A stretch of 64,000 bases of DNA, taken from a virus (Duplodnaviria; Caudoviricetes). Location of the stretch: the IMG/VR virus record IMGVR_UViG_3300020227_000045, positions 1 through 64,000 of that record. The stretch is one strand, 5' to 3'. The notes beneath the pieces were generated by a model, which worked only from the letters and a program-made list of their open reading frames with translations, made no database searches and was not told the DNA's origin. The position numbers were made by a program, and so were the translations under genes. Positions 29,960 to 39,195 of this stretch are shown here, piece by piece; positions within the stretch are counted from its first letter, which is position 1, and each line of letters begins with the position of its first letter.

Positions 29960-32900
29960 TTAATCATCTAAAAAGAAATTATTATTGTCTTCATAGTTTG
30001 TATTAATGAATACAGAATCAAATTCATTTTCATTATTTTTAATGTACAAGTCTTCTAGACGTGATAGACCAATTCTAGCATATATACTTGCTTGACTATA
30101 GTGGTCATCGCCTTTTCTCTTGATTACTTGATACATTTCTTCTGTTCTACTATCTTCTTCATCTCTAATTACCACATTTTGCCAATGTTTAAGAAGTATA
30201 GCTTTATCGTTATCATTTTCTTGGTAAATTCTTATTCTTCCTGTTTTTAAATCTTGGATATAAATTTTGTTCTGCATTAATTTATCTACAGTAACAATAT
30301 TTGAATTCTCATTGAATACAGGTTTAATTTGTCCAGATGATTTAGGAGATGATTTGTAAGTACAACCAAACACAATATCTTCACCAAAGTATTGTTGAAG
30401 TCTTAGTAGGTTGTTTCCTGAATCTCCTGTATCTGCTACAATAATATCTGGATTATATTTAGAAAATTCTACACGTATTTGTTCTATATCTGATTCAACC
30501 ATATTAGGGTTTTTATTTCTTTTAACATTAAATAACCTAATTAAGTCTATCTTACCATCTTCGGTCATTCCATGTATAGTGCAATAATGAACATTTCCCC
30601 AATCCACTGATGCTGCGATAAATTTATAATCTCCTCTATTAAACATTTGTTTCTTAGCAATAGGAGATTGATTATCATAAATATCTTCTTGTAATACTTT
30701 CATCTTCTGGTCTTCATAAGGGAATCCTAGCGTGTAGTTATAAAACAATTGGGTTGATTCAGTGTTCATTTCTTTTTCTTTTAATTCACTAGCTGAAATC
30801 CAACATTTTTTGTTACGATTGAGTTCGTTATTCTCAACCTTCTATATATCGCTATATAAGTTCAGACTATATCTTTACCTTATCAAATGAGACTTAGGTA
30901 TCCTCTGTTTCGTGCTACTTAGCACTACTAATTAGTCGTTGCACGTTCTCTTATTACAAGAGCTTCGCTCATGATTATCTCTAATGAGAGACTTCCCATG
31001 AATTAAAAGGACTTCACTCTGTACATTTCTATATAGAGGGGCTTGGTTAACCGCATTTAGCTGTGAAATAAAATAACCTCTTGTTCCTTTTCCACCTTTA
31101 GTTCTTTCAGGGTACTTACAGTGCCATTCACCGTTATACCATCTATCTAGAAGTTTACCACATTTTTGACAAACAAATTGGTAACTTCCTTCTTGCACTG
31201 TTTTAGCCATCTCGTCAACACCTTCAGGATTGACTAATAGGATATTCCCACTCTTCTCTAAATTATCTGGGTCATAATCTTCATAACTCATTTCATTTAA
31301 GTAATCACAATGTGTACATCTATGACCATAATACCATTGGTCAGATTGCATGTAGAGTTTATGGATTCCCATATTTGGAGTCGTCTTAAACATTATTATT
31401 TTCATAATAAAATGGACTATCTCATAATCCTTATTTTTGGTTAAGGATTCTCTGCTTTACGAAATTAATCTCTTATCTGATTCTACCTTACTCCTTTTAG
31501 TAAGTTACTCAGAAATTTAGTCTCTAGGCATTTACAAGTATATAACTTGATTTAGCAATTGATTGTCTACAGCTTTACCTGTTTAGAGTTTCCAATTTTA
31601 ACAGAGTTTTTCAAAACAAATTACTTTGTTAAGCCCCACGATTTAACATAGGGGTACTCCAACGTCTTATAACCTTGAAAGGTGAACTTGACATTGATTC
31701 CATTGCTGATGATTCTGATGATGAAGGTACTCTATCATATTCCAAATTATACCGCTAGTTTCCTAGTATTTACTTACGGTTTAGACTATCTCATAACTAC
31801 TTACTTAGGTTAGTAGCTCCTTGCTTTACGAAATTAATCTCTTATCTGATTCTACCTTACTCCATTTAGTAAGTTACTCAGAAATTTAGTCGTTAGGCAT
31901 TTATCAGTTAATAACTGAATTTAGCAATTGATTGCCCTCAGCATTATCTGTTAGGGGTTTCCAATTTTAACAAGGTTTATACTGGACAAATTTTATCCAG
32001 TGACAAATAATCAATCATTTTTTTACTTAATACCCCTACTTTCGTAGTACTTTAACACTATTTAAATAGTGGGCTTAGACTATATCTTAGCTATTCATTA
32101 ATAGCTCCTTGCGTTACTTCTCTTTGAAAGAGTTTTTTTATCTAAAGTAATTTAGAAATTTAGTCGTTAGAGATTTTCCTCTACATAAAGTAGATTCTTT
32201 CCTACGGTATTCCCTCTATCCTTATAGGACTTAGGGTCTCTTACCAGCTACTTAAAGCTATGACCGTTTAGCAAGGTTTAACGTGAACAGATTATTTTAT
32301 CCACGCCTTCTAAAGCTTTAGGTGTAGAACTTGTTCTAAAGAACATACTTGAATTTCTTATTTGTTTATATTTCAAGGAATCATTATCTTGGTTAATTAT
32401 GCTTGCAAAATAAGGTTGTTGCAGTGTAGGGTTTATCCTACTTTGTACGAACTTTTGCATTTGATCACTGGTTGGGTCTAGGGTATACCGCTAGTTTCCT
32501 AGTACTTTAACACTTAATTAAAAGTCGGAGTAGACTATATCATAATCCTTATTTTCGGTTAAGGACTCTCTACGTTACGGATTAAATATCCTTTTATCTA
32601 GTTCTCAATATTCCCTTTTGAATATTTACCTAGAAGATTAGTCGTTAGGCATTTACGTAACTAAGGTATATATACCTTAGTTCGATTTAGCAATTGATTG
32701 TCCTCATCATTACATGTTAGGAGTTTCCAATTTTAGTAGAGTTATTCGATATACATTACTGTATAAAGCCTCCCCTAATTATTTGAAGGTGAACATACAT
32801 TTGACCGAATCTTTACTATGCGTATCTGCAAAGTGTAACATCTTATTGTATCCAACTTCACTTACGTTTATACCGTCACTTTCGTGATATTTATATACGG

Positions 32901-33750
32901 ACTAGACTATATCTTGATTGTATAAAGATAATTTTAATTACGGTTTATACAACCCCTTGCTTTACGAAATTAATCTTTTATACTGTTCTACACTCAACCA
33001 TTTATGAGCTTACCAGTAATTTTAGTCGTTCGGCATTTATCAGTTAGTAACTGAATTTAGCACAGGATTGTCCTCAACTTTACTTGTTAGGAGTTTCCCT
33101 GTTTAACAAGGTTTTACTTGAACAAATTTTTATCCAAGTTGTCTCGACTTAAGTACTGCTATGTTAGGATGTTTGTCATTACGTTTATACCGTCACTTTC
33201 GTGATATTTATATACGGACTAGACTATATCATAATCCTTATCTTTGGTTAAGGATTCTCTGCTTTACATTATTTATATTAAATAAATAACTATTATCTAG
33301 TTCTCAGTATCTCCTTTTAGATACCTACCTAGAAATTTAGTCGTTAGCCATTTATCTTAATTCTATTATAACATACACATTTAGTGTTGTCAATACTAAA
33401 ATTAAGAATTTAGGAAGGGATTCTCACTATCCGTTTGGACTTAGAGTTTCTTATCAGGATATTCTTTATTTTCCTATGCCCTTTTAACAGAGTTATTCGA
33501 TATACATTACTGTATAAAGTCACATTATTTATATGATAGCAATTTGCCATGGTCTATGAGCTTGAGCTTTACTTTTATCTCTATTTGGTATAGAAAAAGT
33601 AATATTATGACCACGTATTAAATTGTGTTTCAACATATAAGCAGTTGTACTAGACATTGTTAATACATAATCTAACTGTTCTTGGGTAACATTTGTAGTT
33701 CCATATGTGGATATGAGTAAGTCTTTTAATTGTTTTCCATCCATTTTCAT
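29960..33750 (-). CDS. terL: Terminase large subunit, split by 7 group I introns (605 aa after splicing)
   Basis: Exons 33750-33533, 33181-33132, 32864-32787, 32477-32299, 32015-31995, 31742-31650, 31384-31050, 30803-29960 sum to 1818 nt in frame: HRPWQIAII|NDKHPNIAVLKSRQLG|LSE..MFT|YPT..EGVD|IDYLSLD|EYDR..WSTP|TTPNMG..NAV|WISA; collinear with phage K terminase. Confidence 0.92.
30804..31049 (-). ncRNA. Group I intron terL-I7 (246 nt)
   Basis: GT|..ATG|TTGG junctions; P7 motifs. Confidence 0.88.
31385..31649 (-). ncRNA. Group I intron terL-I6 (265 nt)
   Basis: CCT|..AAG|ACG junctions; GAGACTA and GAGATAGTCC P7 strands. Confidence 0.88.
31743..31994 (-). ncRNA. Group I intron terL-I5 (252 nt)
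   Basis: Splits the Walker B region (SLD|EYD); P7 motifs. Confidence 0.9.
32016..32298 (-). ncRNA. Group I intron terL-I4 (283 nt)
   Basis: GAT|..G|ATT junctions, P7 motifs. Confidence 0.9.
32478..32786 (-). ncRNA. Group I intron terL-I3 (309 nt)
   Basis: U/G junctions, P7 motifs, frame restored (T|AC = Tyr). Confidence 0.85.
32865..33131 (-). ncRNA. Group I intron terL-I2 (267 nt)
   Basis: U/G junctions, P7 motifs, frame restored. Confidence 0.9.
33182..33532 (-). ncRNA. Group I intron terL-I1 (351 nt, no ORF)
   Basis: Upstream exon ends in U, intron ends in G; AACGACTA and GATATAGTCT P7 strands. Confidence 0.88.
33365..33393 (-). promoter_or_regulatory. Consensus sigma-A promoter inside terL intron 1
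   Basis: TTGACA-17nt-TATAAT, extended TG. Confidence 0.7.
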
Positions 33751-33752
33751 AA

Positions 33753-34223
33753 TTAAAACGTCTCCGAATTTTGTTTATTCATAAGTTTCTCTTTTTCTGT
33801 AACCATTTCTGCTACTTCATCAGCAGTCATTTCAGATAACTTATCTAAGTCCACATATTCATTTCCGTCTTCGTCTACTTCACCTGTAGTTTCAACGAAG
33901 TTACTTAGTACAGCACGTTCTTTTTCTCCTAATGCAGGTAGCGTACCCATACCACCTGAAGCATTACCATTCATTTCACTAATTTGTCCGTACATGACTA
34001 ATAATTTATAGATGTCGTTTGTGTCGTTTACATTGATTTCTCCACGTTCGACTTTATCTTCTAGTTTAATCATAAGTTTTTGTATGACACTTAAAAAACC
34101 ATTGGATATAGCTTCATTCGCATCTTCATTCTCTCGCTTTTTTTGTTTGAGTTGGTTTCTCATCGTATCTACTCTTGATTTCAAAAGTAAATCACTCCTC
34201 TTTCTTGTATTTATAACAATCAC
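33753..34223 (-). CDS. Conserved protein upstream of terL (possible terminase small subunit)
   Basis: Position, helical and coiled character. Confidence 0.55.
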   Translation of the reverse strand: MIVINTRKRSDLLLKSRVDTMRNQLKQKKRENEDANEAISNGFLSVIQKLMIKLEDKVERGEINVNDTNDIYKLLVMYGQISEMNGNASGGMGTLPALGEKERAVLSNFVETTGEVDEDGNEYVDLDKLSEMTADEVAEMVTEKEKLMNKQNSETF

Positions 34224-34515
34224 TTAGCTTGTGACATATATCTAGTTGTAATACTTCACTGAAAACTAAGTGCAGGTGGTCATGCGAAGCAAAGGCTTTA
34301 CCTGTTAGTTTATCGTATGTTGATAAGCTTCTCCCACAAACAGAGCATACTCTTGAAGAACTTGATATTCTTTTATCTCCTCTTTTTATGTGTGTAACTT
34401 TAGATGCTCTTCTCTTTAACTTGTTTCTCATCAATTTTATCTTCTCTTTCAAGGTTTCTTCCACTCTCCTCACGAACTTTAGCTCGCATTTTAACCTCCT
34501 CTTTAGATATACCAT
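34192..34515 (-). CDS. Small CxxC-containing hypothetical protein (true start probably MRNKL at about 34430)
   Basis: CSVC..H.H..C..C pattern. Confidence 0.55.
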   Translation of the reverse strand: MVYLKRRLKCELKFVRRVEETLKEKIKLMRNKLKRRASKVTHIKRGDKRISSSSRVCSVCGRSLSTYDKLTGKAFASHDHLHLVFSEVLQLDICHKLSDCYKYKKEE

Positions 34516-34789
34516 GTTCTTCCATAAGTTCTTTTAAGACTTCTACTTCTTCAGCTGTTTCTCTTGTTGTCTTTAATACATACTCTGGGAGTGGGTCTTC
34601 TCTTCTCTGTATAACTTTTTCATGTATTTTATTACCCATATAGTAAGCAAACACACCTACGCTTACGTAAACTAATACAGATAATGGTCGAATACTGAAA
34701 GTAAGAGCCATAATGTCAGCAAAAGATAAAAAGCATAATAACACTACCATTCCTAATATTATCTTAAGAAAGAATTCATTCACTTTCAT
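34400..34789 (-). CDS. Two-TM membrane protein, 129 aa
   Basis: Two N-terminal hydrophobic segments. Confidence 0.7.
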   Translation of the reverse strand: MKVNEFFLKIILGMVVLLCFLSFADIMALTFSIRPLSVLVYVSVGVFAYYMGNKIHEKVIQRREDPLPEYVLKTTRETAEEVEVLKELMEEHGISKEEVKMRAKVREESGRNLEREDKIDEKQVKEKSI

Positions 34790-34935
34790 ATTTCTTTTTC
34801 ACCTAAATTCATTTTAATTTATGTGTGCCACTCGCAAAAACATTTAGTGATACTATTACTAATATAATAACATAATAAAAATAACACATACAATTTAGTT
34901 GTGTACCATTGTATTGTTATTATAATTAGCTACTA

Positions 34936-34945
34936 TGTTATATTA
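34936..34945 (+). promoter_or_regulatory. Late-promoter motif TGTTATATTA (also at 38466, 47242, 49142, 52182)
   Basis: Exact recurrent motif upstream of late and structural units, as recalled for Twort-like phages. Confidence 0.65.
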
Positions 34946-34977
34946 ATATTAGATATTTATACTAGACTAAGAATGGT

Positions 34978-35253
34978 GTGTTAGGAATGATATTAACGAC
35001 CTCAATCTCTATAGTTATCATCCTATTTTATCTTTACTGCCTTATCATTGTTACAAGGAATTTATCGTCTTCTATATATTTCAAAAGAACAGATAATATT
35101 TTAAAATATGGGCTAATTATTATAATAATATTTCTGTTCTATGTGTCCACTATAATATTAACTTTGCAAAATAATACTATAGCTTTACTATCTATCCTAA
35201 TAATCTTACTTATATCTCTTACTATTACTATTATAACATATTTTACAAGGTAA
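34978..35253 (+). CDS. Three-TM membrane protein
   Basis: Highly hydrophobic ORF. Confidence 0.65.
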   Translation: MLGMILTTSISIVIILFYLYCLIIVTRNLSSSIYFKRTDNILKYGLIIIIIFLFYVSTIILTLQNNTIALLSILIILLISLTITIITYFTR

Positions 35254-35284
35254 TACAAATTCAATTAATAGGAGGTTAGAACTA

Positions 35285-35608
35285 ATGTCTAAATATAGAG
35301 ATGTGTTGAAAGTAGAGTTTAAAGATGCTATCAGACACTTTCTCAGAAATCGTAATATGTATCACATCTACAGAATAAACCGTCTTATGTCTAATGGTAC
35401 ACTTATCAACTTCGATTTTTATTTTTTACCTTCTCAAAACCCTGAGAAAGTAATACAAGAAATAGACTTACAAGATTACGGTAAATTAACTTTTGAAATA
35501 GATGTTACTAATTCTTATGGAGAAATAATTAGTGATGATTACAATGATGTCATAAATAACTTTATAGAAAATTATGACGTAGATTCAGAACACCTTGGAA
35601 AGAATTAG
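35285..35608 (+). CDS. Conserved hypothetical protein, 107 aa
   Basis: AGGAGG RBS. Confidence 0.75.
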   Translation: MSKYRDVLKVEFKDAIRHFLRNRNMYHIYRINRLMSNGTLINFDFYFLPSQNPEKVIQEIDLQDYGKLTFEIDVTNSYGEIISDDYNDVINNFIENYDVDSEHLGKN

Positions 35609-35620
35609 AGGTGTTATATA

Positions 35621-35947
35621 GTGGAAAATTATGAAGATTTGTCACAAAAAGTAGAAACACTGAAAGAAAATATACAAACTAAGGGTTATATAGATAATAC
35701 TACTTTTAAAGAGTTAGAGAATAGAGTTAATTTATTGAGTGATGCGGTAAAAGATTTGGATAAAGATGTTGCTATTAAGCAAGAAAAACAAGCACAGATA
35801 TATATTCAAATTGATAGATTAGATGATTTAATTAAAGAAATGAAAACATCAACATCAACCAAAGAAGATAAAAAGAAAGACACTATCGAAAAAGTTTTAC
35901 TTTTAATTATAGGTGGAATAATTTCTTTCGTGTTTAATAAATTATAA
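35621..35947 (+). CDS. Coiled-coil protein with C-terminal TM helix
   Basis: Heptad pattern plus terminal hydrophobic segment. Confidence 0.7.
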   Translation: MENYEDLSQKVETLKENIQTKGYIDNTTFKELENRVNLLSDAVKDLDKDVAIKQEKQAQIYIQIDRLDDLIKEMKTSTSTKEDKKKDTIEKVLLLIIGGIISFVFNKL

Positions 35948-35966
35948 CTGATAAGGAGAAAATGTA

Positions 35967-36170
35967 ATGATAGAGATAACTATGATTAGCGGAAAGATAT
36001 ATTATAAAAAAATGGAACAAAGTACAGAGAGAAGTAACGTAGGGGATATGCAAAAACTAATGTCAGGTAAAGGTAATGCTGTAGAAGCATACAGCACTGA
36101 AAGCTTTAACCAAGAAGACAAAGTATTTCTAAGTCCTTTTAATATTGAATCATTCCGTATTATCTTGTAA
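35967..36170 (+). CDS. Hypothetical protein, 67 aa
   Basis: AAGGAG RBS; followed by a terminator at 36185-36213. Confidence 0.7.
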   Translation: MIEITMISGKIYYKKMEQSTERSNVGDMQKLMSGKGNAVEAYSTESFNQEDKVFLSPFNIESFRIIL

Positions 36171-36339
36171 TATGTTAAAGTAGGTAAGGGTAATTAAGTT
36201 TACCCTTATTTTTTTATACATTTTTTACTTGCTAGAGATAAAAAAGTATGATATAGTATGAATATCTAGAAAAATATAGTTAATTTGATTTTACAAATTA
36301 GTAAAAGTGTGTTATACTATATTTAGTTAGAAATACATA

Positions 36340-36800
36340 ACAATTAAATAAAGAGCTGATGAGTACACATAACGGTGAGATGTGTAGGGATAGCGACAAT
36401 GAGGAAGTTAAATCGGAGCTTCGAGCATCACCATAAGAATTCGATGGGTATATATGTAAATAAATAGTACAATGGTGCATATATTTCCAGATTTGGTGAT
36501 GACTACCAATGTACTAAAAAGGTCAGGGAGGTTTCTTGTTGTGCTTTGCACAGGGGAGCCTTGTTCCCATATACAGACTTCACGAGGGGCGGTAGCTATC
36601 CCCTCTTTAAACATTATAACTAAAGGCTAAACGAAGTAGTATTGGTTGTTAGGACAAGAATTAACGTAAAACAAGGTTAGCACTAGACCGTAATCTATAC
36701 ATATTTTATACACTATGATTATATCTTTCTAGTTACAATTCTGTTGTACCTAGGGGATAAGTCTACCCGTAATGCTACGCAAACCTAAACAAATAAAACA
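36340..36800 (+). ncRNA. Candidate large structured ncRNA A (about 450 nt)
   Basis: GC-enriched, no credible ORF, TGTTATACT upstream, multiple nested and crossing complementarities. Confidence 0.5.
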
Positions 36801-37229
36801 CAAAACAAATAACCTAAATAATTAATAACTCATTACTTACTGTAGACTTATCTAATAATTAAATAAATTAAATAATAAATATATAGAGTAATTAAGATAT
36901 ACAGAAAACTAAATAAATATACAGTATATATAAATAAACTTAATAAACATATATAAATATATTAAATTAATTAAGTAATTGTAGTGAAGAATTAGAGCGA
37001 ATCTTTATAACTTAATTATATACATATACATACATAAATATTAAGATATACTAAATAAAATAACTTAGTATATATTTTTTAAAATAAGTGTTGACATATT
37101 ATGATTTATAAGTTATAGTTAACATATACTAATTATTCAAGATATTAATTAAAAAAAGTTATTGACAAACATTAATAAATATATTATAATTAGATATATA
37201 AAATAAATTAAAGAAAAGGAAATGATAAT

Positions 37230-37439
37230 ATGAAAAAACAAGTAATGGTTTACAGTAAATTAGAATGTCAAGAATGTGGAAGTAACTTAAGTATTCCTAG
37301 AAAAAGAGCTAAGAAAAGAAGTGAAGGACACATTAAACATATGTATTGTCCTACATGTCAATCAACTACAGGATTTATAGAAACAAGTAAAGACAAATCA
37401 TATGATTTTTGGGAACAATGGCAAGCACAATTTAACTAA
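37230..37439 (+). CDS. Zinc-ribbon protein resembling ribosomal protein L33
   Basis: LECQECG..S..RK..KK......K.YCPTC..T....ET spacing parallels bacterial L33. Confidence 0.55.
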   Translation: MKKQVMVYSKLECQECGSNLSIPRKRAKKRSEGHIKHMYCPTCQSTTGFIETSKDKSYDFWEQWQAQFN

Positions 37440-37453
37440 GGAGATGGTGAGAG

Positions 37454-37756
37454 ATGAGTAACTATACAAATCATGGACAGAAAAGACTACGTAAAAGACA
37501 AGGTGTTAAGAAAAGTAATTTAGAAGATGAAATAGATAAAGTGTTAGAAGAAGGATTAAGTCATGGTGATTGTAAAGGTAAGCTTAAGAAATACTTAGAC
37601 AGACTATGGTTTAGTCATAAGAGTGGTTACTTCAGAGTTTACAAATCTAATATTTATATATTTGACTTTAATACAGATAGATTAATTACAATGTATGCTC
37701 TACCTGGACACTTAAATAAGATTTATCAACAATGTTTAAAAAAGAAATCAATTTGA
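37454..37756 (+). CDS. Hypothetical protein, possible DUF4258/RelE-like (BECR) fold
   Basis: YTNHGQKRLRKR...I..VL..G...IYIFD....LITMY pattern. Confidence 0.45.
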   Translation: MSNYTNHGQKRLRKRQGVKKSNLEDEIDKVLEEGLSHGDCKGKLKKYLDRLWFSHKSGYFRVYKSNIYIFDFNTDRLITMYALPGHLNKIYQQCLKKKSI

Positions 37757-37872
37757 TTTTGTAAAAATGGACTTGTGTGTTATAATGTAATTAAGTAGTT
37801 GAGATACACTACTTAAACCACATGCCCACCCTATATATTCAGAGAGATTAAGTTCTCTCTGTTTATACATAT

Positions 37873-38420
37873 ATTAGTGTATTGAAAGCACTTGTTATAA
37901 TGACTGAATAATGGTTTGGTATCCATAAAGTACAAGATAATCAAACGAACTAAAACCTATCGGGTTAATCAATCGGTAGGATAGGTCGTCATTAGTATTG
38001 TTTAATATGATTGGTATACTTGGTACTTGGTTATAAGGTCTGTAGAGTATGATAACAGCTAGAGTTTAACTTCTTCTTAGGGTCTTAGCGGAATCCTAGG
38101 AAGATACGCTGTAACAACTTCCTGTAGTTGGAGCACAGAAATGTGTTTGATAATAGAGGTTATCAGTACAAGTAGCATAAACCTACAGTTCAAAAGATAT
38201 ATATTTGATAAAAATAATTATGTAATCAAATAATTTACTTCTTCGACCATGTGAACGTTACTAACTATTATGTTAGTATCACATTATCCTTTTGGATTAC
38301 GTGAGATGGACTTAAGGTAGCTCCTTAATAGAGTCAAGCGTAGTGATTCACTTAATAACAGGTCTTATAATCAGGTTCTCGGTGAGACGAGTTATAACAG
38401 GTGCTTTGATTACATTAGTA
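37873..38420 (+). ncRNA. Candidate large structured ncRNA B (about 550 nt; ROOL-like)
   Basis: 5'/3' terminal stem (37874-37891 with 38401-38418, 16 of 18 pairs), many internal hairpins, no ORF, late promoter upstream. Confidence 0.6.
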
Positions 38421-38559
38421 ATCCCATAACAATAATTCCTCCGTTTTATTTATTACATTTTTTATTGTTATATTAAGTCCTAGGTATATGAAAAGATATT
38501 GTAGTTATCAAAAATTTAAATCATATAAATCCTCCTTTCCCTTTGTTTTTTGTATAGAT

Positions 38560-38890
38560 TCATTCTACAGTCAAATCGAAGTAGTATACCTATAAACCCA
38601 CTTTAAATAAATAGTATGGATGAACAGTGGGCTCCATACCATACATAAACATTTTAACATATGACTGTTTTTTAGACCTTATCCTGTTTTCCAGTATAAA
38701 CAATAACTAATGATAAGGGATATGTAAGAATAATTAGGGTGAGAGTTTAGCTACCTCTTGCTTAATGCTTAGCGACTGTATCTAACTCTTTGGACAGTAT
38801 AAAATTTGCAAAGACGGGCAGTTTAGCGAGGAGACCTGCGGTACCAAACATCTCGCTTACATAATAGTAATTGATATCGACCCTGATTAA
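38560..38890 (+). ncRNA. Candidate pseudoknotted ncRNA C
   Basis: H-type pseudoknot 38597-38639 plus long-range stems; TGTTATATTA at 38466. Confidence 0.4.
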
Positions 38891-38934
38891 AGCTTTATCA
38901 ATTCTTTTTTACATATATTAAAAGGAGAAAACCT

Positions 38935-39120
38935 ATGGCTAGTTATAAACAAACTAACTATGTAAATAGTTTAATTGTAAAAGGTTTAATGGAAGATAAA
39001 ATTAAAGACAAACAAGACTTACTAGATAAATTAGAAATCCTTGATGGGGTTAGTTTATCAGACTTTGACACAAAAGAAACTTCCGATATTATTAAAAAAT
39101 TAAATACAATAGTAGAATAA
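38935..39120 (+). CDS. Conserved small protein upstream of holin
   Basis: AAAGGAG RBS; resembles the phage K MASAKQ.. protein. Confidence 0.75.
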   Translation: MASYKQTNYVNSLIVKGLMEDKIKDKQDLLDKLEILDGVSLSDFDTKETSDIIKKLNTIVE

Positions 39121-39195
39121 AATTGCTATATTATCCATTGAAGATTAAAAGTCTTTAATGGATTTTTTTATATAATATTATAGGAGTGATAGATA

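Noticed and set aside
29960-33750. ORF-track entries 33529..33750, 32278..32460, 30932..31405 and 29960..30769 as separate genes
   Set aside because: They are exon fragments with read-through into intron sequence of one spliced terL gene.
36356-36400. CTGATGA followed by a stem, resembling a hammerhead ribozyme core
   Set aside because: No GAAA directly after stem II and no matching stem I/III with a cleavage triplet.
36395-36420. GAGGAAGTT resembling the RNase P P4 motif GAGGAAAGUCC
   Set aside because: Motif incomplete and no complementary 3' RNase P signature found.
36200-39000. tRNA or tmRNA genes expected here in Twort-like phages
   Set aside because: No T-loop (GTTCRA) cloverleaf or CCA-ending acceptor stem recognised by eye. 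tRNAscan-SE/ARAGORN should confirm.
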